From assembly GCF_001194135.2 (NCBI RefSeq), contig NC_068981.1, positions 122,999,974 to 123,049,504 on the forward strand: a stretch of DNA of 49,531 nt, written 5' to 3'. Under the pieces are notes generated by a model that was not told the origin of the DNA, ran no database searches, and saw only the letters and a list, made by a program, of their open reading frames with translations. The DNA is from Octopus bimaculoides. Lineage: Eukaryota. Every line of letters starts with the position of its first letter. Position 1 is the first letter of the stretch. Both the position numbers and the translations under genes were made by a program. Below are positions 25,088 to 38,295 of this stretch, in pieces.

Positions 25088-25140
25088 CATTGTTTCTTGC
25101 TGTATTCTATTGCTTATCTGTTTTCCTTCCTCAAAACGTT
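25088..25140 (-). other. Putative first (mostly 5' UTR) exon ending in ATG; 5' boundary unknown
   Basis: acaATG|gtaagc strong donor at 25087; splicing to the 23892 acceptor gives in-frame ATG CAA ACA ATG GAC (MQTMD...). A competing donor gtg|gtaagt exists at 24835. Confidence 0.5.
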
Positions 25141-25969
25141 ACGCTCTTAAAACTATAGAAGCCACATATATTTATTTTCTTTTCTAGTTTAATAACTTTT
25201 ACCCCGTCTATCTGCAACATCTCTTTATTGCTTTCGTCATTCTCCACTCATGTAGCACGCAAACATAAATACGAACAAAGCAAACCGCTATTATTCATCC
25301 ATTATATTACAATTATCTCCCTTCATATTTCTAGTCACTCAATATCACTCGTCACAGATACATCATCCATATCATTTGTTGATACTTTTTGCCACGTACT
25401 TTTATTTTCCATTGTAGCGCCTTCGTCGTAAGTTTCCCATTTCAGGCTATTTCCCATTATAATTTAATGGTAATGTTCTTATTTTATTCTTTTCTGTTTT
25501 TAATCTTTACTTCCTGCTGTTTTTCATCTTATTTGTTGTGGAATACAATTTCTTTTTTTTTTTTCATATTTTACATTATTTTTTTATATAGTATTATATA
25601 TTTCTTTTTCCATGTTGTTGTTATTTGTTTATTTATCTACTTCAAAAATATTCCTTAACATATTTTCTGATACTTAAATCAACATCGAATTGCAAAACAG
25701 AGCCTCATTAATTGCAATCATTGTAATAATTGCATAAGTAATCTCCATACAATCCCCATATTTATGTTTTTATACCTAGATCTATTGGCAGATAAAACGG
25801 TATATTAATTCAATCTTATGGGGCAGGGAAGCAACTAAAATTCTACATAAAATAATATTCTCCCTCAATTATCATGCACTGACTTTTCAGCCGTGTCCAT
25901 TGAGAGATGGTGAAAATATTGTTCGGATCACAAAATAAACACATCTTTCTTAGTTCCTCACATAAATGA

Positions 25970-25997
25970 TTTCGAAAGTATATATATACTTTCGAAA
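25970..25997. repeat. Perfect 28-bp palindrome TTTCGAAAG(TA)5CTTTCGAAA
   Basis: Self reverse-complementary over 28 nt, checked base by base. Confidence 0.9.
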
Positions 25998-26844
25998 AAA
26001 AAAAACATAAAATTATCAGAAGCAACAAACAGTTTAACTACGAAAGCGGATATTCACAAATGCAAAACTATAGTGAAACATAACGGAAGCAAGAGTTAAA
26101 AACTGTAAACCACCGAACTGTGGAACATGTACCAACATAATGGAAGGCTCAGAATTGCATTTTACACAGGGGGAAACATTTAAGATTAAAACTGACTTCA
26201 CATGCAAATCTGAAAATCTCATCCATCATAACATGTTCCAGCTTGAGTAAGAACTATATTGGCCCTACAGAAATGTTCCTCAGACGTAGATTTTCCCTAC
26301 ACAGACAACAACCCACCTCTCTCAATACCGTCAAATACCACTCAGTGTCATATAGACAGATGTGCTAATCAAAATTCACAATATTCCCACTATACCAAAG
26401 CATGGAAAGGAACTCAGCTCAAAAATGACTAAATAAAGAGGCCATATTTATTGAAAAATATAAACCAGGATTTAAGATGAATATATAATGGAATTCCCAA
26501 ATAAAAAAAAACAGAAAAAAAATAAAACGTTTTACCTCCCCTTAGCTAAGGAATATTATATTTACTGATTATCTCTTGAGATAACAAAAAAAAACATATT
26601 CCCTGAGTTATCCTCTCCTGTATAAACGCAAAACTTTCATACCTGAAACTTATTATGATTTAATAACACTGAGTCATGAGTAACTAAGCGAAACCGGTCG
26701 ATTCTGTATATATTGTAAAGGATTAAATAATCGCTATCTACACAAAGATTTATGTGCTCTTTCATTTTAAATCTTATTTTGTATATGGTGGTGGTGGTGG
26801 TGGTGGTGGTGGTGGTGGTTGTTGCGGCGGCAAGAGAGAAACTA

Positions 26845-26975
26845 AACTCAGTACTTGACGTATATTTATTGAAGGGGCCAGAAATGAAAGCCAAAGTTCA
26901 CTCCGTTAGGATTTGAACTTACTGCACAAAGGGACATACAAAACACTGCTATAACCGTTCTACCAACAACGCGTC
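26845..26975 (-). mobile_element. SINE (family A), degenerate, adjacent to (GGT)n at 26786-26819
   Basis: aaagccaaagttcactcc...ggatttgaact matches the reverse complement of the family A B-box/core. Confidence 0.5.
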
Positions 26976-27608
26976 ACTTTACGCTATTCATTTACTTCGT
27001 TGCAGCAGTATGTGTAGAGTAGTGTCATTATTTACAACTGTTGCGTCATAAGCTATACTGGAATTTGCGGAAGATATTCATTTCTTAGGGAGAAAACATC
27101 AAATTAAACTCAACTAGTACTTTGCAGAATCTAAACAGTATTTATGGAAAGTAAATGGACCTTGGCACAGAATGTACGAACAATATTACAAATGACAAAC
27201 AACATTGCCGAATCGGGTCGCTCCGTGAATTAAACTATAAACGAGTGAATGAAGTAGATTCTGAATCAGTTAGAAATAGCACACAAAATCACTCCCAAAT
27301 ACTTTATCTTATGAAATAATGATGGGCAAGTACATCACGATGCACGAAAATACAGCATGGTCACGGCTGGTATGAATTTGATCATAAGACATATTGATTA
27401 AGATTGGCCATACTTCAACAATAAGCAAGAAAACAGCTAATACAATTATTTTTCAATACCTGAAAAATACATGTTTTTAAAAATCAGACTTCTTAATAAA
27501 TGATGCCGATTTCTGCCTTATTAATTTGGGGAGAGTATTAATTTGGGGAGAGTAAAATCTTTGCTGATTTTATGTTATCTATTGTCAATATTTAAATTAC
27601 TTCCCTAA

Positions 27609-27755
27609 GGCAATGAGCTGGATGATCGTTAGAACGCCGAGTAAAATGCTAAGTGGCATTTCATTTTACGCCATGAGTTCTAATTACGCCGTGTTCGACT
27701 TTGCTTTTAATCCTTGCAAGCTCGATAAAATAAGTACAAGTTGAGCACTGGGATC
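27609..27755 (+). mobile_element. tRNA-derived SINE (family A)
   Basis: tgagctgg..gatcgttag.acgccg...aaatgct.ag.ggcattt...gagttc.aatt.cgcc...tcgactttgc...gataaaataagtac.agttgagcactggg, homologous to the 13101 copy. Confidence 0.7.
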
Positions 27756-28194
27756 CGAGAAATCTCTAGAAACTGCTAGCCCTGTTCCAACGTTTGAGAC
27801 CAATATTTAAATTTCATTTGGTGAAATGCCAGAATGTGACAAAATGGCACAATCGTAACAAAGTCGAACAAAAATGTTCTCGCAAGATATCTTCTGGTGG
27901 TTCGAGATTAATGTCACTTTTCTTTAGTACTAGTTAAATTGGGAGTTTGGCTATCTAGAAACTATGAAATTCGAGTTATCCTTATTATACCTAACATAAG
28001 AAAGAGAACATTTAAGACTCTAAAAAGTTAGCATGTACAAATACGAATTGGGTTGTTCTGAGGAATTTACTTTGCTTTATTTATAAAGTAGTATATACAT
28101 TAAAAGACAGTTTTGTATTTTGAAGTGCTGCGGCTCTTTGTGTCCTGAATGGCTATTTTGGTTTAATAGAGTTAAATTATAGTTATGAATTGCA

Positions 28195-28535
28195 GACATG
28201 ACTGTCTGGTAAGAAGCGTGCTTCCCAATCACATGGTTCTGAGTTCAATTCCACGGGGTGGCATCTTGGATAGGTGACTTGTGCTATAGTTTGGGACCGA
28301 CTAAAGACTTTTGAGTTGATTTCGTAGATGAGCAACTTAAAGAAGACCGTCGTATATACATAGATATGTGTGGGGGGGGAGGTGTATGTGTTGTGCGTGT
28401 GTGTTTGTCACTCCCACCACAGATTGAGAAACAGTGTTAGTGCGTCTATGCCCCAAAAACTTGGCGGTTTGGTGAAAGGAACCTATCGAAAAAGTACTGT
28501 GGTCCAGTCATTCGACTAAAAACTATTCAAGGAAG
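28195..28535 (+). mobile_element. tRNA-derived SINE (family B), degenerate full-length copy
   Basis: ggtaagaagcgtgcttcccaatcacatggttctgagttcaattccac head, internal (TA/TG) stretch, 3' part ending ttcgactaaaaactattcaagg; parallels the next copy. Confidence 0.7.
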
Positions 28536-28542
28536 TGACTCA

Positions 28543-28955
28543 GGCATTGTTGTGTGGTAAGAAGCTTGCTTTCTAACCACATGGTTCCGCGTTCAGTCCC
28601 ACTGCATGGCACTTTGTGCAAGTGTCTCCTACTTTCGCCTTGGGCCGACCAAAATCTTCTGAGTGGATTTGGTAGGCGGAAACTGAAAGAAGCCCTTCGT
28701 ACATATGTATAAATATGTATGTATATGTTTGTGTGTGTGTTTGTGTCTGTGTTTGCCCCCAAAGTGGCAATAGGTGCTGGTGTGTTTACGCCCTTGTAAA
28801 TAAATGGTACGGCAAAACGGAACGATAGAATAAATAACAGGGTTACAGAAAGATATCTACTGAGGTCGATGCATTCGACTAAAAATTGTTCAAGGGGGTG
28901 CCCCAGTATGGCCGTGGTCTAATGACTGAAACACGGAAAGAATAGATCGAAAGAA
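28543..28955 (+). mobile_element. tRNA-derived SINE (family B), near full length
   Basis: gtgtggtaagaagcttgctttctaaccacatggttccgcgttcagtcccactg head; internal microsatellite; 3' end ttcgactaaaaattgttcaagggggtgccccagtatggccgtggtctaatgactgaaac also at 49040-49090. Confidence 0.8.
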
Positions 28956-30510
28956 AGCAACAAGAAACCAAAAAGATTCTTTCGTGTTGCACCAATCGCA
29001 AACATTCATGACAAGCAATTATTTGTCTCTCCATCACCGCTTGAGAATCGGTGTTAGCGTGTCTATCCCTCCGTAACTTGTCACATAGCACTTGTCAAGG
29101 AAATCAGCAAGTTTCGTTCTTCCACCTGTTAGCAAAATGTAGAAGGATTGTAACGAATGTCAGATAACTATGAACATGGTTAATATGCTGTTTTCGCGCA
29201 CGATAATTTGAATTTGACACTACAATGAATGACAAAGCCGTTAATCCATTACTTTATGCTGCTTCCAGAAAGAAAGGAAAAGACATGGAGCATAGATCGC
29301 TTTAGCACAGTAACTTTTTCATCAATAACTTACACGTCAAGTAAAAATTGTGCAATTACTAAACTGAAAAATATGATGTTTCTTTTTCCTCAGATTTATG
29401 ATGTTTGTGAGTACATGTCCGTCATTCACTCTTTATCTATCTATCTTTCTCTCTCTCTCTNNNNNNNNNNATAACTTTCTCTCTTTGTGGTTTTGTTGGT
29501 CATGATAAAATACTGAAATATCTGGATTTTACTGATTTTATATAATTCATAATGACGTTTCTAGATCGATAAACTCTCAAGTCATCGCTTGAGACTCGAG
29601 AAAGAGTTCAGCTAATATTCGCTGCAAATGTCCTTAATCTCTATGAAAGACAGGATCAAGTTTCCCATGATCAATACATAATGCAAAAAATGGTCATCTT
29701 TAAGGCACATCTCCTATACATGTGACAGAAAAAGTGCAATGATGTCTAAACATTGCTAGCATGGTATTTCACAAGGAATTTATGCAGATGATGTTTAGAA
29801 AACAAAAGCAGAAAAGAGTAAGACGATTCATTATGTAACGGATAAATTATCAAACTTTATTATTGTCATTTCCTGAACAAGGTACACAGTTTCAGGACGA
29901 TCAAATCTGATCTGCTCAGCTTTTTCGCGGGAAAATAGACATAATTTCCCAATTTACTCTTTGATGTCATCGAATAAAACTCTATAATTATGTATGAAGT
30001 GGAATGAAATTCTCATACATTTACACACACACACACACACACACAGATATGTATATATACACACATATATATATATGCGCATATATATGTGAGTCTTTAT
30101 GTATAAGTAAGTATCGATATATGTGTATACGTGTATATATATTTATGCATGTCTTTGTACGTATGAGAGAGAGAGAGAGCGAAGAAATTCGTTTTTGCTC
30201 ATACATTTCTCTTAAGTTTTTTATCTTTCCCTCTTTCTGCTTCCATCCTTTTGACTGTCTTTTTCATTCTATATGTCTCTTGACTTCAATCTCTCTTTTT
30301 CCTTCCTGGTTTTACCCATAATTCAAAGGCCAATGTCTTGTCTCATTACGAAAAGCAATATCTCGTTGAGGATCACATTTTTAGGGATACACCTGTCAGT
30401 GAAACAAACACGTTAATGGCACGTGTATGATTTCAGTCCAATATTTGAATACTCATCCAGAAGACCGACAGAAATTCCCCCTGCTTTTTAAGCGCATACA
30501 TATGCATTTG

Positions 30511-30554
<44 letters not shown>

Positions 30555-31206
30555 GTACATATCTGTATGCATGTATGTTTATATATTTATCGTGTATGCA
30601 GAGATTAAGTATCAGAATAGATATTGAATTCATTCTAATCATAGCGATCGTTGTCTGCATTGTTGTACTATCACGTATTGTCAGCAATGAACATGTGAGT
30701 AGAAGTATTTTTGTTTGAATGATCGCTAAAAGCAATTTACTTATGACAAAAATTGTCAGTTTTAAATGCATTATGACAATGGATTGTGGAACACCAACAA
30801 GATACTATTTCAAGAGATACCTTTATTATACATTATTTCTAAATATATAATGTAGGTAACTGGCATAACAAAAAGGAAATATGTAACGATCAATAGATAT
30901 ATTTCATGATGTTTCTATCTTCTGCATAACCCAATTTCTGTGAGTAATTATGGACAAATGAAGCCAACAAGATAGGTTTTATTCAGTCGGTTGATTTGCT
31001 AGAACTAAAAGGCTAATCTCATTCGATTCGTACCCTATCGTCTGAAGAATATTATGTAGTTATGAACGAACTATTTTAGTGCTCTTGTGTCGCTACACGT
31101 CAGCTATAACTGGTCAGATATTTGATAAAAAACGTTGTATTCAACCCTTTTGTCTCATATTGCGATTTAGATTTGATAGGATGCGAGGTGATATAATACA
31201 CACACA

Positions 31207-31249
<43 letters not shown>

Positions 31250-31634
31250 GCATATACCAAAGTATACGTGGTGTATCTTAAAGCAACCGTGTGAAATTGT
31301 AATGCATATTTTTCACAATTACTGGACTAATTCAATTTAAAGTTATGTTTGTTTTTATCTGGCTCAATATTTCTTTAGTTAATTAAATTTGCCACTGCTT
31401 CGTTAGTTGATTCAGTGAGTTTTTCAGCTATCATTTGCAACGTTATATTTTGATGTGTTAGATTTTTGACTTTTCTTATCACAGCGCGTCAGCATGACAA
31501 TGGAATTAACACACGTTATTACCACCAATGCAAAATGTGCGGATAAAGAGTACAGTCTTAGACCTGTTGATAATATTAAAAAAATGAAATCGTGTAGGGG
31601 TTATTCAATTAAATCACCGCCACAATTTCTCTGG

Positions 31635-31890
31635 TAGGTTATGTCATTGAACCCAGAAGGAGGAAAATTAAATTCGGCCTCCGCACGGAATTGAACTGGG
31701 CAAACAACTCAAGGTGCTTGATAACAATTTTGCATAATAGCTTACTAGCCTATTATTTTATCTACACCAGACGAATGAAAGACAAATTTGTCCTCGGTGG
31801 TATTTGAACAAAAGATTCTAATGTGTCCTAACTAAATAACAGAAGGCACTTTTGTCTGGCGGTCACTAACATTTCTACAAATCTGCCGTT
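31635..31890 (-). mobile_element. Two degenerate family A SINE fragments
   Basis: gaaggaggaaa...ggcctccgcacggaattgaact and gaatgaaagacaaa...cctcggtggtatttgaac match the reverse-complemented core. Confidence 0.45.
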
Positions 31891-32015
31891 TCAGGCAACA
31901 GATGATCTATTATATGTGTGAATGTATATGCATGCAACGTATATACACACTCATTTATATATACATGCCTTCATATATATATATATATATGTGTGTGTGT
32001 GTTTGTTTATATATA

Positions 32016-32105
<90 letters not shown>

Positions 32106-32862
32106 AAGATAAGTGTGAATGTGTCAGAGTGTGTTTAGGAACAGCGGTAATCATAAAAGAGATATTTTCGTTGGTGGGAGTTGAACTCAACTTTTGATAC
32201 ATCAACTTAGCGTAACACTATCGGAACAGTTTGCAGCAATCCGCGCTAAATAAGTGATTAATATCATAGATAAGATCAGTCCATTAAATGTACTTCGACT
32301 CAGTAAGTGACATTGATTTTTATATCAACACATTCGTGCAGTCTCTTTCTATTCAATAAAAATAATATGTTTACGCTTCATTTAATATACACTTTGAATT
32401 AAGAGTCACGATGTTATTGATTCTCGAGGAAAGATTGTTCTCTTGATATAAATTAACTTATTTTATTGTTTCGAATAGATGTATAAATGTTCTCTTTCGA
32501 AAATAGCTATCATAAGACTCTATCTTTTCTCCCTCTACATCTTCCTTTCTCTGTTCCTTTATACCAACGAACACATATACACACAGATGTATAAGTGTCT
32601 GTGTCTAAATTACAGACTAGAGTCCTGCACGTAGCATTTAAATAATGTATAAAATTATCTTGTTTATTATAATTTTGTTTTTATATACTTTTATTAGTAT
32701 ATTTTCTATTTTCCAGCGAATATATTTTGATAATTATACATTTTCTAGTGTGTGTTTTAGAAAAAATGTAAGGGAAGATAATATTTGTGGTCTTAAAACT
32801 CCTTTCTGATTTACATGAAAGCCAACAATTTTTAGTGTAGGATGTTAGACGAGTAACCTAGA

Positions 32863-33003
32863 AGACTGATACTTTATCTTATCGACCTCCGGCGGATCAA
32901 AGTCAACGTTCACCAACGCAGAATACTAACGCGGATCATAAAGTGTCATAACCTTATATCGCATGGCATTTTTCAGACGCTCTTCTGATTCTATCAATTC
33001 ACC
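32863..33003 (-). mobile_element. SINE (family A), degenerate
   Basis: actgatactttatcttatcgacc...aaagtcaac...ctgattctatcaattcacc is the reverse complement of the family A layout. Confidence 0.5.
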
Positions 33004-33773
33004 AACCTTTGTTGTTTTGAAAGCGATATTTCCTTTAAACAAATTTTACGCGCCCAAAGGATATGAAAACTTGAAATAATGCGGAACCACCCAACAAATC
33101 ACCCTTCTAAAAGTCGTTAGGCTGAGTTGTAGCTATGCCAAAATGTAAAACAAAATAATCTCAGTAAAATATCATTATATTTTACTACTCATTTCGAACA
33201 GAACCACTACAGTAGAGTACAACAGGCTTCAAATTTGTTCCCTATCTTCTACAGTTCTATTCAAATGACACCGACGTCTAGCTCTATATTCATCTAATTA
33301 ATTATAGCCATGAAGTTTTAATTTGGCAGTGATTCAAAAACAATCTGACCACAATATATGTGTGAAACCGGTGATGTGTGACCACATAGAGATTCGGTAA
33401 TCTAGCTACTTTTTATTTAGCAATAATACTAAATAATAGTACGCGATTATGAAAACTTTTACAAAACATACGTTCAACAGTTAAATGCCTAAAGTTATTG
33501 TTTCGGTAGGCTATACAACAGGCACCATATTGGCCCCTGCGTTCTTGACACAAATATAACAAAGGTCCCCTCTTTAGAGTTCCTTAAAAATGTATTGATA
33601 CCACAATTGAAAAGTTAAATGTAGATACCTGAGTACTATGCCACAAGACAATGGAGCGCTCCGCCACTGTAGTCCCGACACTGGGCATAAAGGGCAAGTA
33701 AATCCTTAATGCACAACATCCGAAATCTTGGTTGAGCCGAGATAGACTGATCGTCATAAAATTTCAGATTGAA

Positions 33774-33832
<59 letters not shown>

Positions 33833-36074
33833 ACCTTGATACAAATACTTCCTTGGAAAAATATAAAAGCATATTAACCATCGGACGGTGTTAGACCTGC
33901 AAACGTTCGCAAAGACACATTGTCATGTAATTTTGTAGGAATCACGAATACTGTTTCTAGACGTGTGTTCTTTCTTGAACAAGGTTGAACAATATTAGTA
34001 ATATTTAAATACTATGCTGTCCCTAGAGCAGTGAACCTGCACAAAAGAAATATATGGAATTACTTTGATTTGATTTAAGAACTACCATTTGGAAATCCCT
34101 TAAATTGCACGAAAGTAAAATATAATCAAAGATTTATTTCTTGTATCTAAACAGTTGTAGTGAAAACGCCGTTATCATGTGAAACAGATTAGGGTGCTTG
34201 AGTTAAATTTCTAACTTGCTTTGACATCTGTTGGACAAATGGCAGTTGGGGGTAGTGAAACATGTTTAGTGGAACTTTACAATATATTATGCGCGCGCAT
34301 GTCTATGTTTCTGTGTGTGTATATGCGTGTACAAGAGATCCTTCTCATTCTCTTGTACAATATAGACGAATAAATATCGTCTAATTTTACTATGAAAATC
34401 AGTATTTCTTTATTGCATAACAAACTATGCTTTGTGACTTGCCTAAATGTCGTCAGCAAATTGATTCAAGAGCTAATTTAATACACTCATAAGGAAGAAT
34501 TCCACTTTAATGAGCCACAGCATTTTTCCTTATGTTTTTATTCAAAAAGTGATACTGCAGTTCAAGTTGAACGCTCGATCAAAAGTTCTGGAGCTTACCT
34601 CCAATTTGCAGTTTTCACAAAAATCACTTTCATAAAATCTCAAAGATCTTAAATGCCCCCCCCCCCCCAATTACTTGTACAAAATTTTTTTAAAGTATCA
34701 TTTATTACTGAAGTAACTAACTCCAGATCTTTTATATTTCAGTTTGAATTACTCGGAGTGATATCTGTGAATTACTCTTTACTAACGTGGATGGTAAAAT
34801 AATTTATAGTAATCCTTAGGTGATAAATGCAATTATACATTGGAGATACGCACAATTAAATACATACATCTGCATGCTAAATCCTACTGGACCCTATGGA
34901 AATTTGACATTGTAAGCACCTTAATATTCATGTAAGTTAATGTAAAACGTTCTGCCAATAAGATTGCTTTTGTTAAAGAAGAAGGCGTGGTTTATGCTTA
35001 AGTTCCACAAAGTGCATGCCGAGTAAAGAAATGACAAGAGTCTACAATCTACAAATGATGAAAACTACACCTAGAAAATGAATTACAAAGTCTGACATTT
35101 ATTTTAATATAAGAGTATTGAAGGTTATGTCTAACTGTTTTATTGATATCCTTTTATGATTCGTTTTTGGATTTGTTTTAGTATTTGTATATTTTCATCA
35201 GAAGTATAAAGACAAACTAAAGTGGCACAAGTAGTTTTATGATAAATCATAAAGCTCCTTAAGACGGCCATGAATTTTATTGTTCACGAACGTGCTATCT
35301 GTGGGATAAATCTCTTTAACCGTATTGTAAATAACTATGAAATTAATTTTATAACAGATTATTTAGAATTTTAATTTCCCTACCTCACATAAATATATTG
35401 TGAAAGATTTTAGGATTTTATCGATAATACTTCTCGAGTTATATATAGTTTCGGTCCATGTTGCTTCATAGCTGCGTATCTAAGAGGTTTTCAATTATGA
35501 AGAATTTGAAGTTTCGAGCTTTTATAGCGTTCCTTTCACTCATTTCCTTCCATTTTTTCATTACGTTCGCCCCATTAAGCAATGGCATCAAATGAACAAA
35601 AAAAAAAGTGGCATTTCAATGAAAGATGTCCAAAAAAACTAAACCTCAAAATATATCTCTATACCATCTTCCGGTCTGGCAACTGACGTGGCAAAATAAA
35701 TTCATTCTTGAGAAATCAAAATCTTTAAGGGGATGGATGAATGCTTGAGTAGTTTCACTAAGAACCCTTCCAACGAAGACTGGGCATAAAACAATTAACT
35801 GAATTTATTATCTTACTAGTTATATGTACCTCATAAGTTTAATGTCTGAAACTGAACGGCTTTTCACGAACGTTGATTGAGTGGCATCTTCGCAAGAATT
35901 AATACTGATTTCGCATCTACAATCATAGTTGTGAGATATAAAGTGAAATTATGTAGTATTTATCAATTATTCAATGCAAAGGGGTTTCTATCGGTTTCAG
36001 CTGCACATGTCTCAGATGGGCTATAAACGGAAATTAGAGGAAATCAGCTGGACGTAGTGCGTGGCAAGGATAGC

Positions 36075-36250
36075 TGTTTGAATTGAAATCACACACTGTT
36101 CGATGGGCTTCGGAAGTAATTGCGTATATCCACGTTCATTCTTATGTCTTACGGTGAAAGGAACTTTTTTAATATACTATCAATACTGTGAAACTGAACT
36201 CGAAGACACATGATTGTGAAGCAGACTTCTTAATCTGTCGGCAATGCTTA
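36075..36250 (-). mobile_element. SINE (family B) head, very degenerate
   Basis: actgaactcgaagacacatgattgtgaagcagacttcttaat resembles the reverse complement of the family B head. Confidence 0.4.
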
Positions 36251-37262
36251 CGTCTGCATTCTAGAATAAAGATGTGAACTTGTGATAAGCTAAAAAGAGA
36301 ATCAGAATTGATGACGTTGCAATCGTTATTTCCTTAATATCATTTTTATAACTCAAGAAAACGTCTATTTGTTCTTAATATCTGGAGTTACTAGTTAAGC
36401 TTCTCAAATATATTCCCCATCAAGTGGATTATGGTACTGCTATAGAAAGTGATATATCCATTTGCAAATGTGTTGAAATCAGCAATGTTAGCAAACGCAG
36501 ACAGATTTTCAGAGCTTAGTATAAAAACTCGTGTAATATCAGCAAAGAACAATAGCGTTTTTTTTTTTTACACAAACATATAACTCGGTTATCTAGTTCA
36601 GTTTATTATTTATGCCTGGGCTTTTCTTCTATTGATTATCACAATTTAATTGTTTACCATTACATATACTTCTGTGACGATATTATCGACATAGTAGTTA
36701 TTCAACAGTCAAATATACGTTTGTGTATGTATGTATGTATGCATGTATGTATGTATGTTAATAGAAATGTATTTGTGTGCCTGTGTGTGTTAGGGCATAT
36801 AAATACGCGCAAAATACACATATGTACATAAATATACATTGTGAAATATATGTGTATATATTATTACCTATATATGAATCACCCCAAAAGTAATTCATTA
36901 AAAAAATTAAGGACATGTTTGATCTCGATTATTGGCATTGCCTTAAAACATTGAAACTCGATTCTCTGTAGCGCCGTCGAGGGTGATATATCATTTGCAT
37001 AATGTGGAGGATATACCACCATCATTGCCCAAACGACCTCACCATTATAAAATTACTATTTTTAAATCTCACAACGAGAGATATTCAGCAAAAGTACTTT
37101 GGAGTAAAGTAAATATTATTTTAAGAATTCATCCAAGGCCTCCCGTTCGCCTCCCATTCATGATTCCACAAAACTTGACTTAAAAAGCATTTAGCAAATC
37201 CTATCAGTTTGTGCTGTTAAATTAGATATGGCCTGGGCCATTATTAGGTCGAAGCATATCTA

Positions 37263-37303
<41 letters not shown>

Positions 37304-38255
37304 NNNNNNNNNNNNNNNNNNNNNNNNNNNNNNNNNNNNNNNNNNNNNNNNNNNNNNNNNNNNNNNNNNNNNNNNNNNNNNNNNNNNNNNNNNNNNNNNN
37401 NNNNNNNNNNNNNNNNNNNNNNNNNNNNNNNNNNNNNNNNNNNNNNNNNNNNNNNNNNNNNNNNNNNNNNNNNNNNNNNNNNNNNNNNNNNNNNNNNNNN
37501 NNNNNNNNNNNNNNNNNNNNNNNNNNNNNNNNNNNNNNNNNNNNNNNNNNNNNNNNNNNNNNNNNNNNNNNNNNNNNNNNNNNNNNNNNNNNNNNNNNNN
37601 NNNNNNNNNNNNNNNNNNNNNNNNNNNNNNNNNNNNNNNNNNNNNNNNNNNNNNNNNNNNNNNNNNNNNNNNNNNNNNNNNNNNNNNNNNNNNNNNNNNN
37701 NNNNNNNNNNNNNNNNNNNNNNNNNNNNNNNNNNNNNNNNNNNNNNNNNNNNNNNNNNNNNNNNNNNNNNNNNNNNNNNNNNNNNNNNNNNNNNNNNNNN
37801 NNNNNNNNNNNNNNNNNNNNNNNNNNNNNNNNNNNNNNNNNNNNNNNNNNNNNNNNNNNNNNNNNNNNNNNNNNNNNNNNNNNNNNNNNNNNNNNNNNNN
37901 NNNNNNNNNNNNNNNNNNNNNNNNNNNNNNNNNNNNNNNNNNNNNNNNNNNNNNNNNNNNNNNNNNNNNNNNNNNNNNNNNNNNNNNNNNNNNNNNNNNN
38001 NNNNNNNNNNNNNNNNNNNNNNNNNNNNNNNNNNNNNNNNNNNNNNNNNNNNNNNNNNNNNNNNNNNNNNNNNNNNNNNNNNNNNNNNNNNNNNNNNNNN
38101 NNNNNNNNNNNNNNNNNNNNNNNNNNNNNNNNNNNNNNNNNNNATATATATATATATATATATACATATATATATACACGTACATATGTACATATATACA
38201 TATGTATATCTATATATACATTTATATATATATATATATGTACGTATGTATAAAC

Positions 38256-38295
<40 letters not shown>

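Noticed and set aside
25767-25774. TATAAAAA on the minus strand as the gene's TATA box
   Set aside because: It would imply a roughly 650-nt first exon with several upstream ATGs, and such motifs are common in AT-rich DNA.
25843-26028. ORF ending ...SQWTRLKSQCMIIEGEYYFM, faintly like a Tc1/mariner C-terminus
   Set aside because: Similarity too weak to call by eye; no TIR recognised.
27521-27554. Exact 17-bp tandem duplication TTAATTTGGGGAGAGTA x2
   Set aside because: Simple slippage-type duplication; only two units, not an array or CRISPR.
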